Source: Antedon mediterranea
Lineage: Eukaryota; Animalia; Echinodermata
Assembly (NCBI RefSeq): GCF_964355755.1
Contig: NC_092671.1
Coordinates: forward strand, 37,458,304 to 37,522,303
Direction: 5' to 3'
Length of the DNA: 64,000 nucleotides
Numbering within the stretch: position 1 is the first letter of the stretch; every line of letters begins with the position of its first letter. Shown piece by piece: positions 36,501-48,300 of this stretch. Made by a program: the position numbers and the translations under genes. The notes under the pieces are model-generated. The model saw only the letters and a program-made list of their open reading frames with translations, was not told the origin of the DNA and did no database searches.

Positions 36501-39500
36501 CAAAGCTTGAACAGCTGTGGCTCAAATGCTTCATGTCTGAACGAACTTTGTAATTGTTAGTTTTTCATTTATCTGTTTTTGTATATATTTTCTAAGTATA
36601 TTTTATATGCAAATGACAATAAATGGAAGTAATTTTCTACTGATGAATTAATAAAAACACTGACCATTTCGAGCGAATTTTTGAATGCTTCTTTCGCCAT
36701 CTTTTGCTAAAACTGTAACATACACTGTGTACGTCTCTTCTGGGTCTGGATCAAAATACTCATAGCCGTTTGCATACGTTGTATCAGTGATCACAAGCGA
36801 CGTTGAATTGTGTACTTCTACTTCATAGTTTTCAAAAAACCCAACGGAAGGGGCATCCCAATCAGCTCGTAGGTGACCCGTTTCGTTGAAAGTCACTACT
36901 AAGTCTTCCACAGGATTTGGTGCTGAAAAACATTAAAAGTACAAATTCAATTGTAAAAGTGGCCATTTGTTTTAAAAAAAACTATCCTCACATCACATGA
37001 CACTGAGAATGACAATTAAATATTTAAAGAAATATTCATTCTTTTGTGTGTTCATTCCATACATATGTTCCTCATCTCTTTACAAGTTTATTTTTCTCTA
37101 AAACACATTTTTATTTCAGTACAATATACATATTAGGGAGCCTGTATTTATACAGTCGCGATTTAACACAATGTTTTGTAGTGCCATCGTGATGACATAC
37201 CGATGACATCACATTGTCAAGACTTCAATGTTTGTTTTTGTTTTCTGTTTACAAATATTTCTTTTTTGTCTTTTTTAATATTAAGGTAACTGCTATTGTT
37301 CATATTGAGATAATAAGAATGCTGTTACCGTCATCCAATTTATTGCCATACTATATTTCGACGATATATTTAAATATATTGTTAAAAAAACAAGACACTT
37401 TTTCTAATACATACTTGTTGATATACGAATAGTATCAGAAGGGCTGAATTGATTGTTGCTATAAGCAACTATTTCAACTCGGTATTCAACACCAGTCAAC
37501 AATGTCGTAATTGTAGTTTCAGAATCACTGCCTGGTACCGTTAAAACCTGTTGTCTTGTTTCTATGTCCACGCCTTCATACGTTAATACGTAGAATTCCA
37601 CAAAGCCATTATTCGATGTCCAACTTAATGTAAAGGTGGTTGTCGTCTGAGACCGATTGTTAAATGTAGGTGTACCGAGAGCTAAAAGAAAAGAATAAGA
37701 ATCAGTTTAATTTCTAGATAATTTATAATTTTTGAAAGGGGGAGAGGGGGGAAGCAATATAAGCCATAAGATTCAAACTAATTAACAAATCTAAAATTGT
37801 TGTTTTCAATCATTTTACTGGTTACCGCTAAATACATTCTGACAAAGGTAGATACAAATTAACCTTAAGCATGGTTACCACTAGAACACAACACAAGGAT
37901 GTAGATACAATGTATCAATGACGGTCAAGCTTGGTTCCCACTAGGATGCAATGCAAACGAATTGACCAATGACAAGTGACAGTCGAATAAATCCATCACT
38001 TGTGATTGGTCAAATCCCTTACATTGGATTATGTGTTGCGTCTCTAGTGGGAAGAAATTAGCCTTGCTTTAATCTTCACATACTCTTTATTTCCGAAATA
38101 TCATAAGAATATTTGGTAATACATCATCTCATTTATATCACATGTGGTGCCTGTATCGTGTAAGGTTAAGTTGAGGGTTAGGTTACTACTAGATACATGT
38201 GAAACACATGTGATGTTGTATTACCAAATAATCCTATGATACTTCGGAAATAGATACAGTACCAAGAATTGGCTGGCTTTTCACCAGTGAAAACTGCCCA
38301 CGTAAGCATGATAGTATAAGCAAAAGGATTGCAAACTGGCCATTTTGCTTCGCTTGCATTTTAACGCATCTATTAATTCAACTTACCCGTTGTAATATAT
38401 GTCAAATTACTCGTTTTTGTTGACACTCTTGTTGACATGGAAACTGTAACGACGTAGGTTTCGCCTGAAATAAGCCCTGTGACATCCGTAGATCTGTCGT
38501 TAGCATCGACAGTTATATTTCTATTCAGGGTATCAATGTTTTCACCATAATATTCAACAAGGAATGGACCAGCTAAATACAACAGATCTTCAGCCCACCA
38601 GTTAATGGTGAACTGTGTATTGCTTATAGACACGACACCTACACGAATATCAGGAATATCTACAAAAAGAGAAAATAATTAAAAGAATTTCTTATAAATA
38701 TATGAAAAAAGTGATTATGATACATTGTATCATTGATACATTTGCAGAGGCAACACGTCCCATGTACAGTACGTACTGTCGAATTACTTTCACTATCAAA
38801 CTAGTTTGACAAAAAAAGTGTGATATGCCAAAATATGGTAGTGATATGACATCACCTAGACTTACCCCAAGTCTGTATTGTTTTTTTGTGTTATTTAGTT
38901 GTTTTTATTTCGACTGCGATTTTTGTCTGAAACAAACTCAAGTAATACACGTATGAAACGCCATATGTGCAAAAATATTTCTATTTTTACTAATATTAAG
39001 AAAAAACTCCGTCTGGAGCCCAGCTAGACATCACCATGTCCATATATGGGCACATCACATTTTTTGTCAGTTTGATAGTGTGGACAGAGAGTTATTGAAA
39101 TCACACCTACAGTAGAAACTAGTTACGCCTGGTTAAGCTCTGTCCACACTATCAAACTGTATAGCATGTGACAAAAAAATGTGATGTGTCCATATATGGA
39201 CATGATAACTACCATATTTGGGCACATCATACTTTTTTGTTAAACCAGTTTGATAGTGTAGATAGATCTTCTTAAAATTTTAAAGAAATGTTTAATTTTT
39301 AAAAATTAGGATCATTACCTGTGCTATAAAAAGCAGATGAAAATATAAACTCGTCATTGTAACCAACGTTGAAGACTGAGATTTCATAATTACTTGAAGA
39401 CGACAGATTATAGTAGGTTACATCAAAGGTATTTCCATCTAATTCCTTTTGATCAAAATTTAAGACTCCTTCAAGACTGAGATTTAAATTAAATGACTTG

Positions 39501-42500
39501 GCCATTTCTCCATCTGGTAGGCTCCACCGAAAACTTAACGTAGATAAAGATGATGATACTGTTTCAATCTCCGGGGAAAACACCACTAAAATAATAAGAA
39601 ATTGAATGAAATAATTTAATAATAATAATAGTAAGAAATTGAATGAAATATTTATAGATTGCTTTGACGTTTTCAATACTGTATACTTTTGATTACTAGT
39701 ACTATTGATTAAGCTCTGTCTACACTATCAAACTTTAAAAAAAAAAATATCATGTGCCCATATATGGAAATGATGATGTCATATCACTACCATATTTGGG
39801 CATATCACTACCATATTTGGTCACATCACACTTTTTTTTGTCAAACTAGTTTGATAGTATAGACAGAGCTTTAAGCATTATCTTTTTAAAAAAAATCTTG
39901 TTTTCACTCATAATTAGTTTTTATGGATTTACTCACGACCAAGACTTACAATGAATGGAATATTGTCTTAAATGTTCTAAGTTTTTAGGGGGGGGGGCCC
40001 TGCAGGTGTAGTGGCTTACTGTATGGGTGTTTAAAAAAAATGAAAATGACTTACTTGTATTAACTTCTATCTCTCTGCTTGTAGAGTTGTCAGTCCCATT
40101 TACAACTAATACAGAAATTGCATATGTTTCTCCAGATTTTAATTCAGTCAACAACAAACTACGACCACTGGCCTCTATCGTTTTCTCACGGGTAACGGTA
40201 TCAAAAAACTTTCCGGTTGCCATTACGATGAAATGACTTATTGGTTGTGCACTGGCGTCAAATTGCCAATCAACTTGAATTGCAGTTTCATTTTGAAATG
40301 TGGAATCTTCAAGAACAGGAGTTTCTAGCACAGCTGAAAGGAAGAAAATAGTTTGGTAAATTTAAAAATGTTGAAGTTTGCAGTACACCATGTATATTTC
40401 GCCATGCAAACCTTCAAACAATATATTAAATTTTTAAAAATATTCAAAATTAAAGTGAGATGTACAGTAGCTCTGGTTACTGCAGTACTGTATAACTATA
40501 CAATTTAAGTTGTGATTGAATATTCTGTTAACTGGTAAAAAACAACTATTTTTAATTTTTTTATTTTAGAGGGTTCTTAATCGTTGGGACAATCATTTCT
40601 TTATAGTTTGACTTTAAAGATATATTGTCCCTCTAAAAAATTTTTTGTTGAATATGCCATTTGATGTCACTTAATAGTTAAGTGAATAACTTTATTATAA
40701 CTGCAAAATGGCCTTTTTAAATTTGATTTTATTAATCTTCATTTTTCATGTTTTTGGGAACAATACATCTTTAATGAATTCTTTTTAAATGTTAAAATAT
40801 GAAAAAATGTGACTGTAATAATTCAGTATTGCAAACATTTTGGTTAGGCCCCTATTGTTTTTACTTTAATTGATCTACAATATTTGAATTACAGATACAG
40901 TTTGTAGGATAATAATAATTAATACTAGCTGTCTTACCTGCTGAGCATGTGCAAACCAAACATAATAAAGCCGCAACCTAGAAAAGAAACATAAATACAG
41001 TATTAATATAAAAGAAAGAAAAGAGAAATAAATGGAAAAAGATGTTGATGATAACAATTTTGGAAAAAAAGTTTGTTTGGATGATAAAACTACATTTACT
41101 TATAACTTATTTAGGTCTATTTAGGTTTATAAGTTGGCGGAGTTTTGGGAATATAGAAATTCAATTTTTCAATGGTCTCAAAATTGTCACTAAAATTAAA
41201 TCTTTTTAACATCAAATATTCCAAACTTTTAGACACTGGAAGTAGACACTGAATGTAATTTGTTTTATAACACATAACTGTAAATTTCAAAATTGAAGCC
41301 TGGGTTAGAATATACTGCACAATGTAACAAAAGTTGGTGGTCATTGGTAAATATCTTAATATAATCCACTAAATAACTTAAGAACAGCACAAAATACAAT
41401 TCAATTTTCAATTTTCCCAAAAGTGTCACTAAAATTTAGTCGTTTACTGGAAGGTTTACTGTAAATTTCATGTCTGCTTAAAATACTGTACAATGTAACT
41501 GGTGGCTGGTGGTAAATATCAATAATTAATCCACTAAATAACTTAAGAACAGCACAAACTACAATTACATTGTTTAATTTTTTTAATGTGGACCTACCCA
41601 GTACTTGAAATGATACATCCTATAGTAGAAATATTCACTAAACCAAGTGGGACAATGTAATATTATAGTATACAATGTTGGTTAATACATCGTAGGCTTA
41701 CAAAGAAAAGAATACGCTAAACGTAGGGTATTGTTGAGGGCCGCATTGTGGTGATTCATGGACCTACCCAGTATAAATATGTAAATCCTGATCCAGACAA
41801 AAGCTGGGAAGATTTTCTGCATGACTTGTGATCCTTAAAAGACTCCAGTAGCCTAAGTAAGCCAGAATACTGCAGTCTGAGTAGGTTTGGAATCATGACT
41901 AAACTGTAATTTGTACATAACAAATTAATAATAATGAATCTAAATTATGTGCTAAATAATTTTTTTTTTCTGGTTCAATTATAACAATTCTTTGATCATG
42001 GTCGAGCTATCTAATAATTAGATTTTAATTTTAAAATAATTTAATTTTATAGCTCCATGCTTTGATATGCAAATAGAGGGTCCTGAATATCAACTGACAT
42101 TATATTTTGTCCACTTTTAAATAAAAATAAAATCATTTAAAAATTGTCTATATTAGAAGGCACTGGTATGAAGTATACACTAGGCCTTACCATTAAATTT
42201 GTCAGCAGCTGCACCTAGAAATATAGCAATTATTACAATTAATGAAACTCAACATTTTCACCAAAGAGAACTTTTTAGGCAATATCCTATCGTGTCTGTC
42301 CTTTACTACTACAGTATAACTGAAATTGACAGTAACACTAGTTCTTGAAATGTCCTTTACCTCATTTTTCTATATACATACAACGTACATTTCTAGTCTA
42401 ACAAAAACATTTTTCTAAACTTTCTATTATTTAAAAGTCGAAGATAGCCAGGTCTCGGGTCCATTCTATTGTCGCCACAGATTGATATCTTCATCAGTAC

Positions 42501-43345
42501 TTCTATGAATGGATGATTAGGTGGGAACACGAACGCTAGTTGATCATACCCAGTACCGTTTTGATCGTACGATTAATCGGGAAACCATTTCACGACGAAA
42601 TTTTAAAAAATACAACAATCCAAAGTGAGAAATATATACACTGCATCTTGTAATTAATATGTTAATCATATAATTATTAACATTAATATAAGCTGCAAAA
42701 TAAACGCTTACATTTAAACCAGATTTTCCATCCGGACAAGGCTTAAAACTCAGTTTATTGGGTAGATAATTATTATATGTGATTAATAACCAAAAACCAA
42801 CATTTTTGGATATTTTTCCTTAGGTAAATAATTTGTTTTCTTACTAACTTTTGTCAAATGAATAATTATTATGTGACATAAATGGCCTATATTAAAAAAA
42901 TGTTGTGTTTTTCATATCATTGCTGATATCATAGACTATATTGTTCCACTGGAAAAAAAAATATTTAAAACATAATTTTGTTGGTGAATATGCCATTCAA
43001 TTATCAAATAATTATTTTGACCAAAAAGTTGGTATGAAAACAAATTATTTACCTAAAGAAAAATATCAAAAAAATGTAGGTTTTTGGTTAATCATTTATT
43101 TTTGTCTTTCCTTTTAAGAATATTAAATTTTATTTAACTAAAACTGCTTTTCAAGTCTGATTTTATTAATCTTTATTTTTTTATTATAGGCCTACCAATT
43201 CACTATGTTTTAAAAATTAAAATCAAACACAGTAAACAACCAAAGAAAATAGATGTTATGTAAACATAATATTTATAATATCACCTGCCACAACCCAGTT
43301 GATAATCCGTATACTATTACTCACCGAAAACACAGTCGGAATCAT
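27515..43345 (-). CDS. Type-I membrane protein: signal peptide, 11 FN3 repeats, R3-RPTP-like membrane-proximal stalk, TM helix and a ~170-aa acidic tail with no phosphatase domain; 22 exons, ~1395 aa
   Basis: Exons 43325-43345, 42191-42214, 40938-40977, 40055-40333, 39319-39585, 38387-38659, 37415-37681, 36665-36922, 35964-36230, 35396-35674, 34521-34775, 33780-34058, 33020-33286, 32297-32424, 31761-31856, 30987-31053, 30556-30702, 29843-29980, 29527-29644, 28992-29062, 28496-28631, 27515-28025 (4188 nt, phases consistent). Ten symmetric phase-1 FN3 exons carry W...L.PG..Y motifs. Stalk FSEDNGPVSTFVIIV...FCNGPLKPGKTYVYQFRGY...YSDTLYSEPI. TM VVIISIVLGLIILLLIGVMIILVY. Confidence 0.88.
30715..30888. 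repeat. ~30-bp intronic minisatellite, 6 copies
   Basis: Unit TTTGTTTAAAACCTCTACTAAAAAATATTA. It abuts the acceptor of exon 30556-30702. Confidence 0.9.
38857..39026 (-). mobile_element. Internally deleted Academ(H)-like non-autonomous element nested in a family-A MITE
   Basis: TAG...CTA ends and a 9-bp TSD GACATCACC (38848-38856, 39027-39035). Both ends match the ends of the 50643-51588 element in reverse orientation. Confidence 0.75.
40614..40773. mobile_element. Kolobok-like MITE (TTAA-flanked)
   Basis: TTAAAGATATATTGTCCC ... GGAACAATACATCTTTAA, the same TIR as 61345-61867. Related fragments at ~42780-43170. Confidence 0.65.
41160..41575. repeat. Degenerate direct duplication (~165-240 bp) in an FN3-gene intron
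   Basis: GGTAAATATC...ATCCACTAAATAACTTAAGAACAGCACAAA occurs at ~41346 and ~41511. GTCACTAAAATT occurs at ~41187 and ~41425. Confidence 0.65.
41997..42059. mobile_element. 63-bp CATGG...CCATG palindromic mini-element with a 7-bp TSD
   Basis: CTTTGAT|CATGGTCGAGCTAT...ATAGCTCCATG|CTTTGAT. Confidence 0.6.
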
Positions 43346-44746
43346 TGTACGCCCAGCCGAGAGTGTTGAGAAGAGATCAAAACCAAACAGCAATGTTCCA
43401 AAAACCAGTTGTAGGCCTACTTCTGACTAAGAACACCCAGTAAACAAAATGATTGATACGATATGATTTTAAGTCGACATTTTTTCTGTAAACCTTATTT
43501 AAGCAGCCTACTTAACCCACTAACTAGATTCAGTGTGCGTTTAATTGCAGCCTGGTACTTGGTTCGCCTATTGTTAAAAAACAATTGTCAAAGAGAAATG
43601 CACGCTTCATTGAGTCCATGACAACGAACTACTGAACATGCGCAAGTAAATTTTTTCTTTTTTTACAAAAAATTACAATTCTCAGTTACTACTAACTACT
43701 GTATTTATTCAAATAAATACCCCTCTTTGAATAAGCGCCTCTCTCGAATAAAATTCCCCCATAGAACATCATGCTCCGCCCCGCCACATGCAATACACAA
43801 TTTTGTATTAGGTAGGCCTAGTAGAATTCATTGATTGACATGATCTACATTACCAAGCATTTTAATACACTTTTTACTGTATATTATTTTTACTCGGTAT
43901 TAATTGTGTTGTATTTTTTCATATCTAGGGCCAGGGTATTTATTTGAATTATACATCCATTTACACGCAAAAAATAAACGCCTCCCTTGAATAATAAAAC
44001 GGCCCTCTAAAAACTCTCCTGATTACAATAAACGCCCTGGGGCTAATAAATACGTTATTTATTACACTATACCATTATTAAAATAAAATGATGAGTAATG
44101 GTACCTAGAAAAAAAAACATATACAAGCTAGAATAGTCACATTACACATCTCGTCTGTTCCAGTGGAAGCCGTAGATTTGCATATATCATTTTTTCAAAC
44201 TTTTTATTTCCCGAACGTAATTTTGAAATGATATTTTATCTGAGATTTATATGTATATGAATATTTTATAGAGGTTGGTGAGCTCTTTTGAATTTGATCA
44301 GTCAAATTTAGGTATTTGTATAGCGCCAGTATAAACTAAACCGAAGTAAAAATCAAAGGCGCTTAATTGTATTAGATGTTAAAAAGATTTTTAAGTTCTT
44401 TAAAAAAATAGCGATGAGATGTTGATTTATAGTAATCATAATGTAAAGGGAGAGAATTCCAAAGAGTTTAGAGAAGCAGCAGAGAACATAAAAGACCTTA
44501 TTCTAGGAACAACCAGTATTTTTGATGAATGCGCTTCCAACACTTTACAAATCACTTGAGAAACACTCTCTTCTTGTAATGTAATGGATTCAGGCCTATA
44601 ATATTTAGACAAACATTTCGCGGATGCAAAAACACACGATTCACTATGAGTGGAATTAGCCATAGATTTTGATTGCAAAAATAAATCTTTCAAAATATGT
44701 TTATTACCAAAAATAAATTGTGTAGGTGATGTACTACTAGTCAGTC

Positions 44747-44776
44747 CATGGAGGAAAAAATAAATTTTCCTCCATG
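44747..44776. mobile_element. 30-bp CATGGAG...CTCCATG palindromic mini-element with a near-perfect 7-bp TSD
   Basis: GTCAGTC|CATGGAGGAAAAAATAAATTTTCCTCCATG|GTCAGCC. Confidence 0.55.
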
Positions 44777-44850
44777 GTCAGCCTGAGCAGGGAGGGAGTT
44801 GTTTATTTAAATAAACTCCTGGCTCTGAGCAAAGAACTTATCTTTGGTCT

Positions 44851-44884
44851 GACACGCCCTCTATAAACGAAAAGGGAATTTCCC
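44851..44884 (+). promoter_or_regulatory. Promoter cluster of the ROCO gene: GC-box-like, TATA-like and a canonical NF-kB site
   Basis: GACACGCCCT-CTATAAA-CGAAAA-GGGAATTTCCC (kB site at 44874-44884), ~110 bp upstream of the non-coding exon donor GGCAG|GTAC at ~44996. Confidence 0.6.
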
Positions 44885-45358
44885 AACAATTCTTCAATGC
44901 TGATTCGTGATAAACTAATCACAAACGCAAACATTCTTTTTTACTTCCTTCACTACGGATCGGACGTGAGTTGATCTAGCAGTCTTAGCTTGGCAGGTAC
45001 CGTATCTCGAATTATCTTCATTATCATTAGTTATCCCTCCTGTAATAAATAGTAAACGGTTCATGTTGATCTTGGCCTAAAACTAGAAACGTAGAGTGTA
45101 GGCCTAGCTATGCTATTATAAGTGGACAAAGTGTCGGTGTGTGTGGGGAATATATTGTATCTTTCGGTGTGGTGATCTACTAACTAGGCTAGGCCTAGGC
45201 CTACTAAGCTAGCTAGGGGTAAGCCTAGATAAGTGGTACTGTAGTGGAGACAATTTATGAAAACTGAATATATACCTACATAAATTAAATTTAGTTTTTT
45301 TTTCATATTAATTTATGCAGCCTTTTTTTTAAAATGATGATTCAGTCAATTAGACAAG

Positions 45359-48300
45359 ATGGCTGGAATTAGGTAAGTTAACCAATAATATATTATATTA
45401 TATATACAGTAGTAATGCTGTAGGCACACTCATTGACTATTATTATGAATATCTCTTAATATGTAGGCCCTACCTTGACCTGGACTTACTAGATCCTCTC
45501 TATCTGTTCCATACAATCACTCTCCTATGCTGTTTGTTTTTTGTGTTTTTTTTTTCATTTTCTTTTCTATTTTCCCCCCCAAGAACCTCTTATAAACCTG
45601 AAGAGGAAATATTAACAGAACCAAAAGAGAAATTGTTTCATGCTGCGAAAAATGGATGTTTAGAAATCTTTGAACGTGAATGTGAACAAAATCAATCGCT
45701 TTTGAATACCGAAGTAGGTTGTTTTTTGTTGTATTATAAGCATTTTGTCATGTTATTATGATAACAATTAAAACACAAATTATTGTTGTCTTGTTTTTTA
45801 TTCAGAAAGAATCAGATCTACCAATTCATGTAGCAGCATCCAACGGTAAACTTGAAATTGTAAAATACATTTTAAGTAAAAATAAAGAAGATTTTCTTCA
45901 CAAAACAAATAAGGTTTGTCATTTGTAATCTTTTTGGCAAAACAATACAGTTGTTCTGAGGAAGGGTAATCACTATCAGCGGCAATGGTGTGACCTTCGA
46001 CCTCCAATAAACATAAACATAAGTACAATTGTTAATACTCTTAATATCAGTTACTTTTCCTAAGAGTTCTAAGAATTCATTACTAATCATGGAACCTCCC
46101 TGTTTAATGCATTTTAAATGTTTACTTTACAGCATCAGCAAACACCATTACATTGTGCTGCTAAATTGAATAGAATTGACACTATTTCATATCTATTGAG
46201 GGAAGGAGCTGATCCGAACAAAAAAGATAAGGTATGGCTATAATAATAATAATGGTAAGGAAAATGATAATAAATTGAAAACATTTAGGTCCACAGCAAT
46301 CTTTGGAATCTTTGGATGCTATATATAAGGACACATTATCATTGTAACTGATGTAAAAAGTAAATATGACTTTGGACCCATGCATAGATAATAGATAGTA
46401 GTTAGATTGAAAATGTAACATACAATGTAAATGTAGAAACAAAGAATGTGCATGACAAATTGGAATACAAAATACTTTCGGTTTTTTTATCTCCTAAGTA
46501 AAATAAACATTCTTTCTCTCTTCTAAGTAAAATAATCCTTGAATGTAGCAGAACATACTATTTCTAATATTAGTCAACTCCACAATTTTCATCTTTTAGT
46601 ATGGAAGAACTCCTCTTCGTCTTGCTATTGAAGTACAAGCCAAGTGGGAGACCACTGAAGAACTTCTGAATTGCGAAGGAACACATTTTGATACAAAGGA
46701 TGAAGTATGTTGAACTGTATTTGTTTTCAAAGTGCTTAAAGTTTGTTATTATATTGCTATTTTCATGGTTATATCGCCTACTATTTGTGTGCCATGTTGG
46801 ACAATGTTACCCCCAGTTGTCAACAAAGTATAATAATGATATTTAATTTTTAAGTAACTCGAAAATTCATACTATTTTAAACTAAAATAAATGTAAATTT
46901 AAGTGACGATTGATATTAATGGGTTTCTACGTAATTTATGGTTGTTAATTTATGGTAAATTTGATTTATGAAAATTTATAGAAGGACAACTCATTGTTGT
47001 ACACAGCTGCAGCAAAAGGCTTGCAGAAGGTATGTGAGACACTCATCAAAGAAAAGAAGAGAAAGGTTGCTGAGATTAATGAGGTAAAATTTGGATAGGA
47101 TTGGTTCACATAACATGGTTAAAGATGCTTGGTATCAATCATTGGGTTCTTTTTACTAAGAGCCTGTTCAGACCTACAGAGTTATGCTTTCGTATTGTAC
47201 GCGGTGGTACGGAAAAGATAAGTGGAAGCCACCTCTTATGACACTGATCTTTCGTTTGTTACGACAGCTTAAGGTACAAGTGAACTCCGCTTATTATACA
47301 AAAGTTATGCATCAACGATTTTGACCTCTAACCAATCAAATTTACTCCTGCATACCAGATGTCCGTCCAAATCGGTGATACGTACGTTAAGCATTAGTTA
47401 AGCAAATCTGAACACTTTGCTGTTACAACGCTAATTATAATATGACAATGCTTGCGATACGAAAGCATAACTCCATGGATCTGAACATACCCTTACCCTT
47501 TTTTTCTCATGACAAATAAAACCAAAAGTATTAAAAAAAATTACACTTGTGCATAATTAAATTACTCCTGACAATTCTTGACAGTACTGATATAAAACAA
47601 ACAATGTTAAAATTACTATTAAAGTCCCTCAACTATGTCAAATTAATTCTAGAACATTGATTAATGTTCATGTATTGTTCATATTAATGTTTTTACATTA
47701 CTTTTGTTCATTTCAGGAAAAAGAAAATGCTTTGTTTGCCGTTGTACGTAACCTAAATGGCAAAGATGCAGCCAAAATGATACAATGTCTTTATAAATGT
47801 ACAGATGAAGAAGACAAGGAGAAGATACTCCTCCAAGAAAATGTATGAAATTATATAAATGAATGCTCAGTTAGTCAAGAATTTTACTTGTTAAATTTAA
47901 ATAGTGGTCCAATGGGAAGGTGTCCTATAAATAATAAAGAATGACCTTTTAACCCCAACATATTGGTTACACTGGCTCTTGCTTTAGTTCCCTTTTGTGT
48001 TTTCTGCCACTTACTTACTTTTTAGTTGTTTGATATAATAATAAGAATAATAACTGTTAATAGAGGATTATTGAATACAACTAGCTATATCCTACAATAC
48101 ATTTATTCAAAATGAAATTAAGCAACACCCGTTTCATGTCTTTATTTGGAGTTACCTTTTCTGATTTAACAGAAAGATGGACAAAATATCATAGCAGTTG
48201 CTGATGGCAATGAAGAAGTTGTTGAATTTCTGAAGACACAACAATCGGTTTGTACTGTTTTTTTAAATATTATGAATGTTTTTTCACAGGATTTTGAGCT

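Noticed and set aside
44436-44693. 85-aa ORF in the divergent promoter region
   Set aside because: No recognisable domain or splice sites. Possibly a decayed TE fragment.
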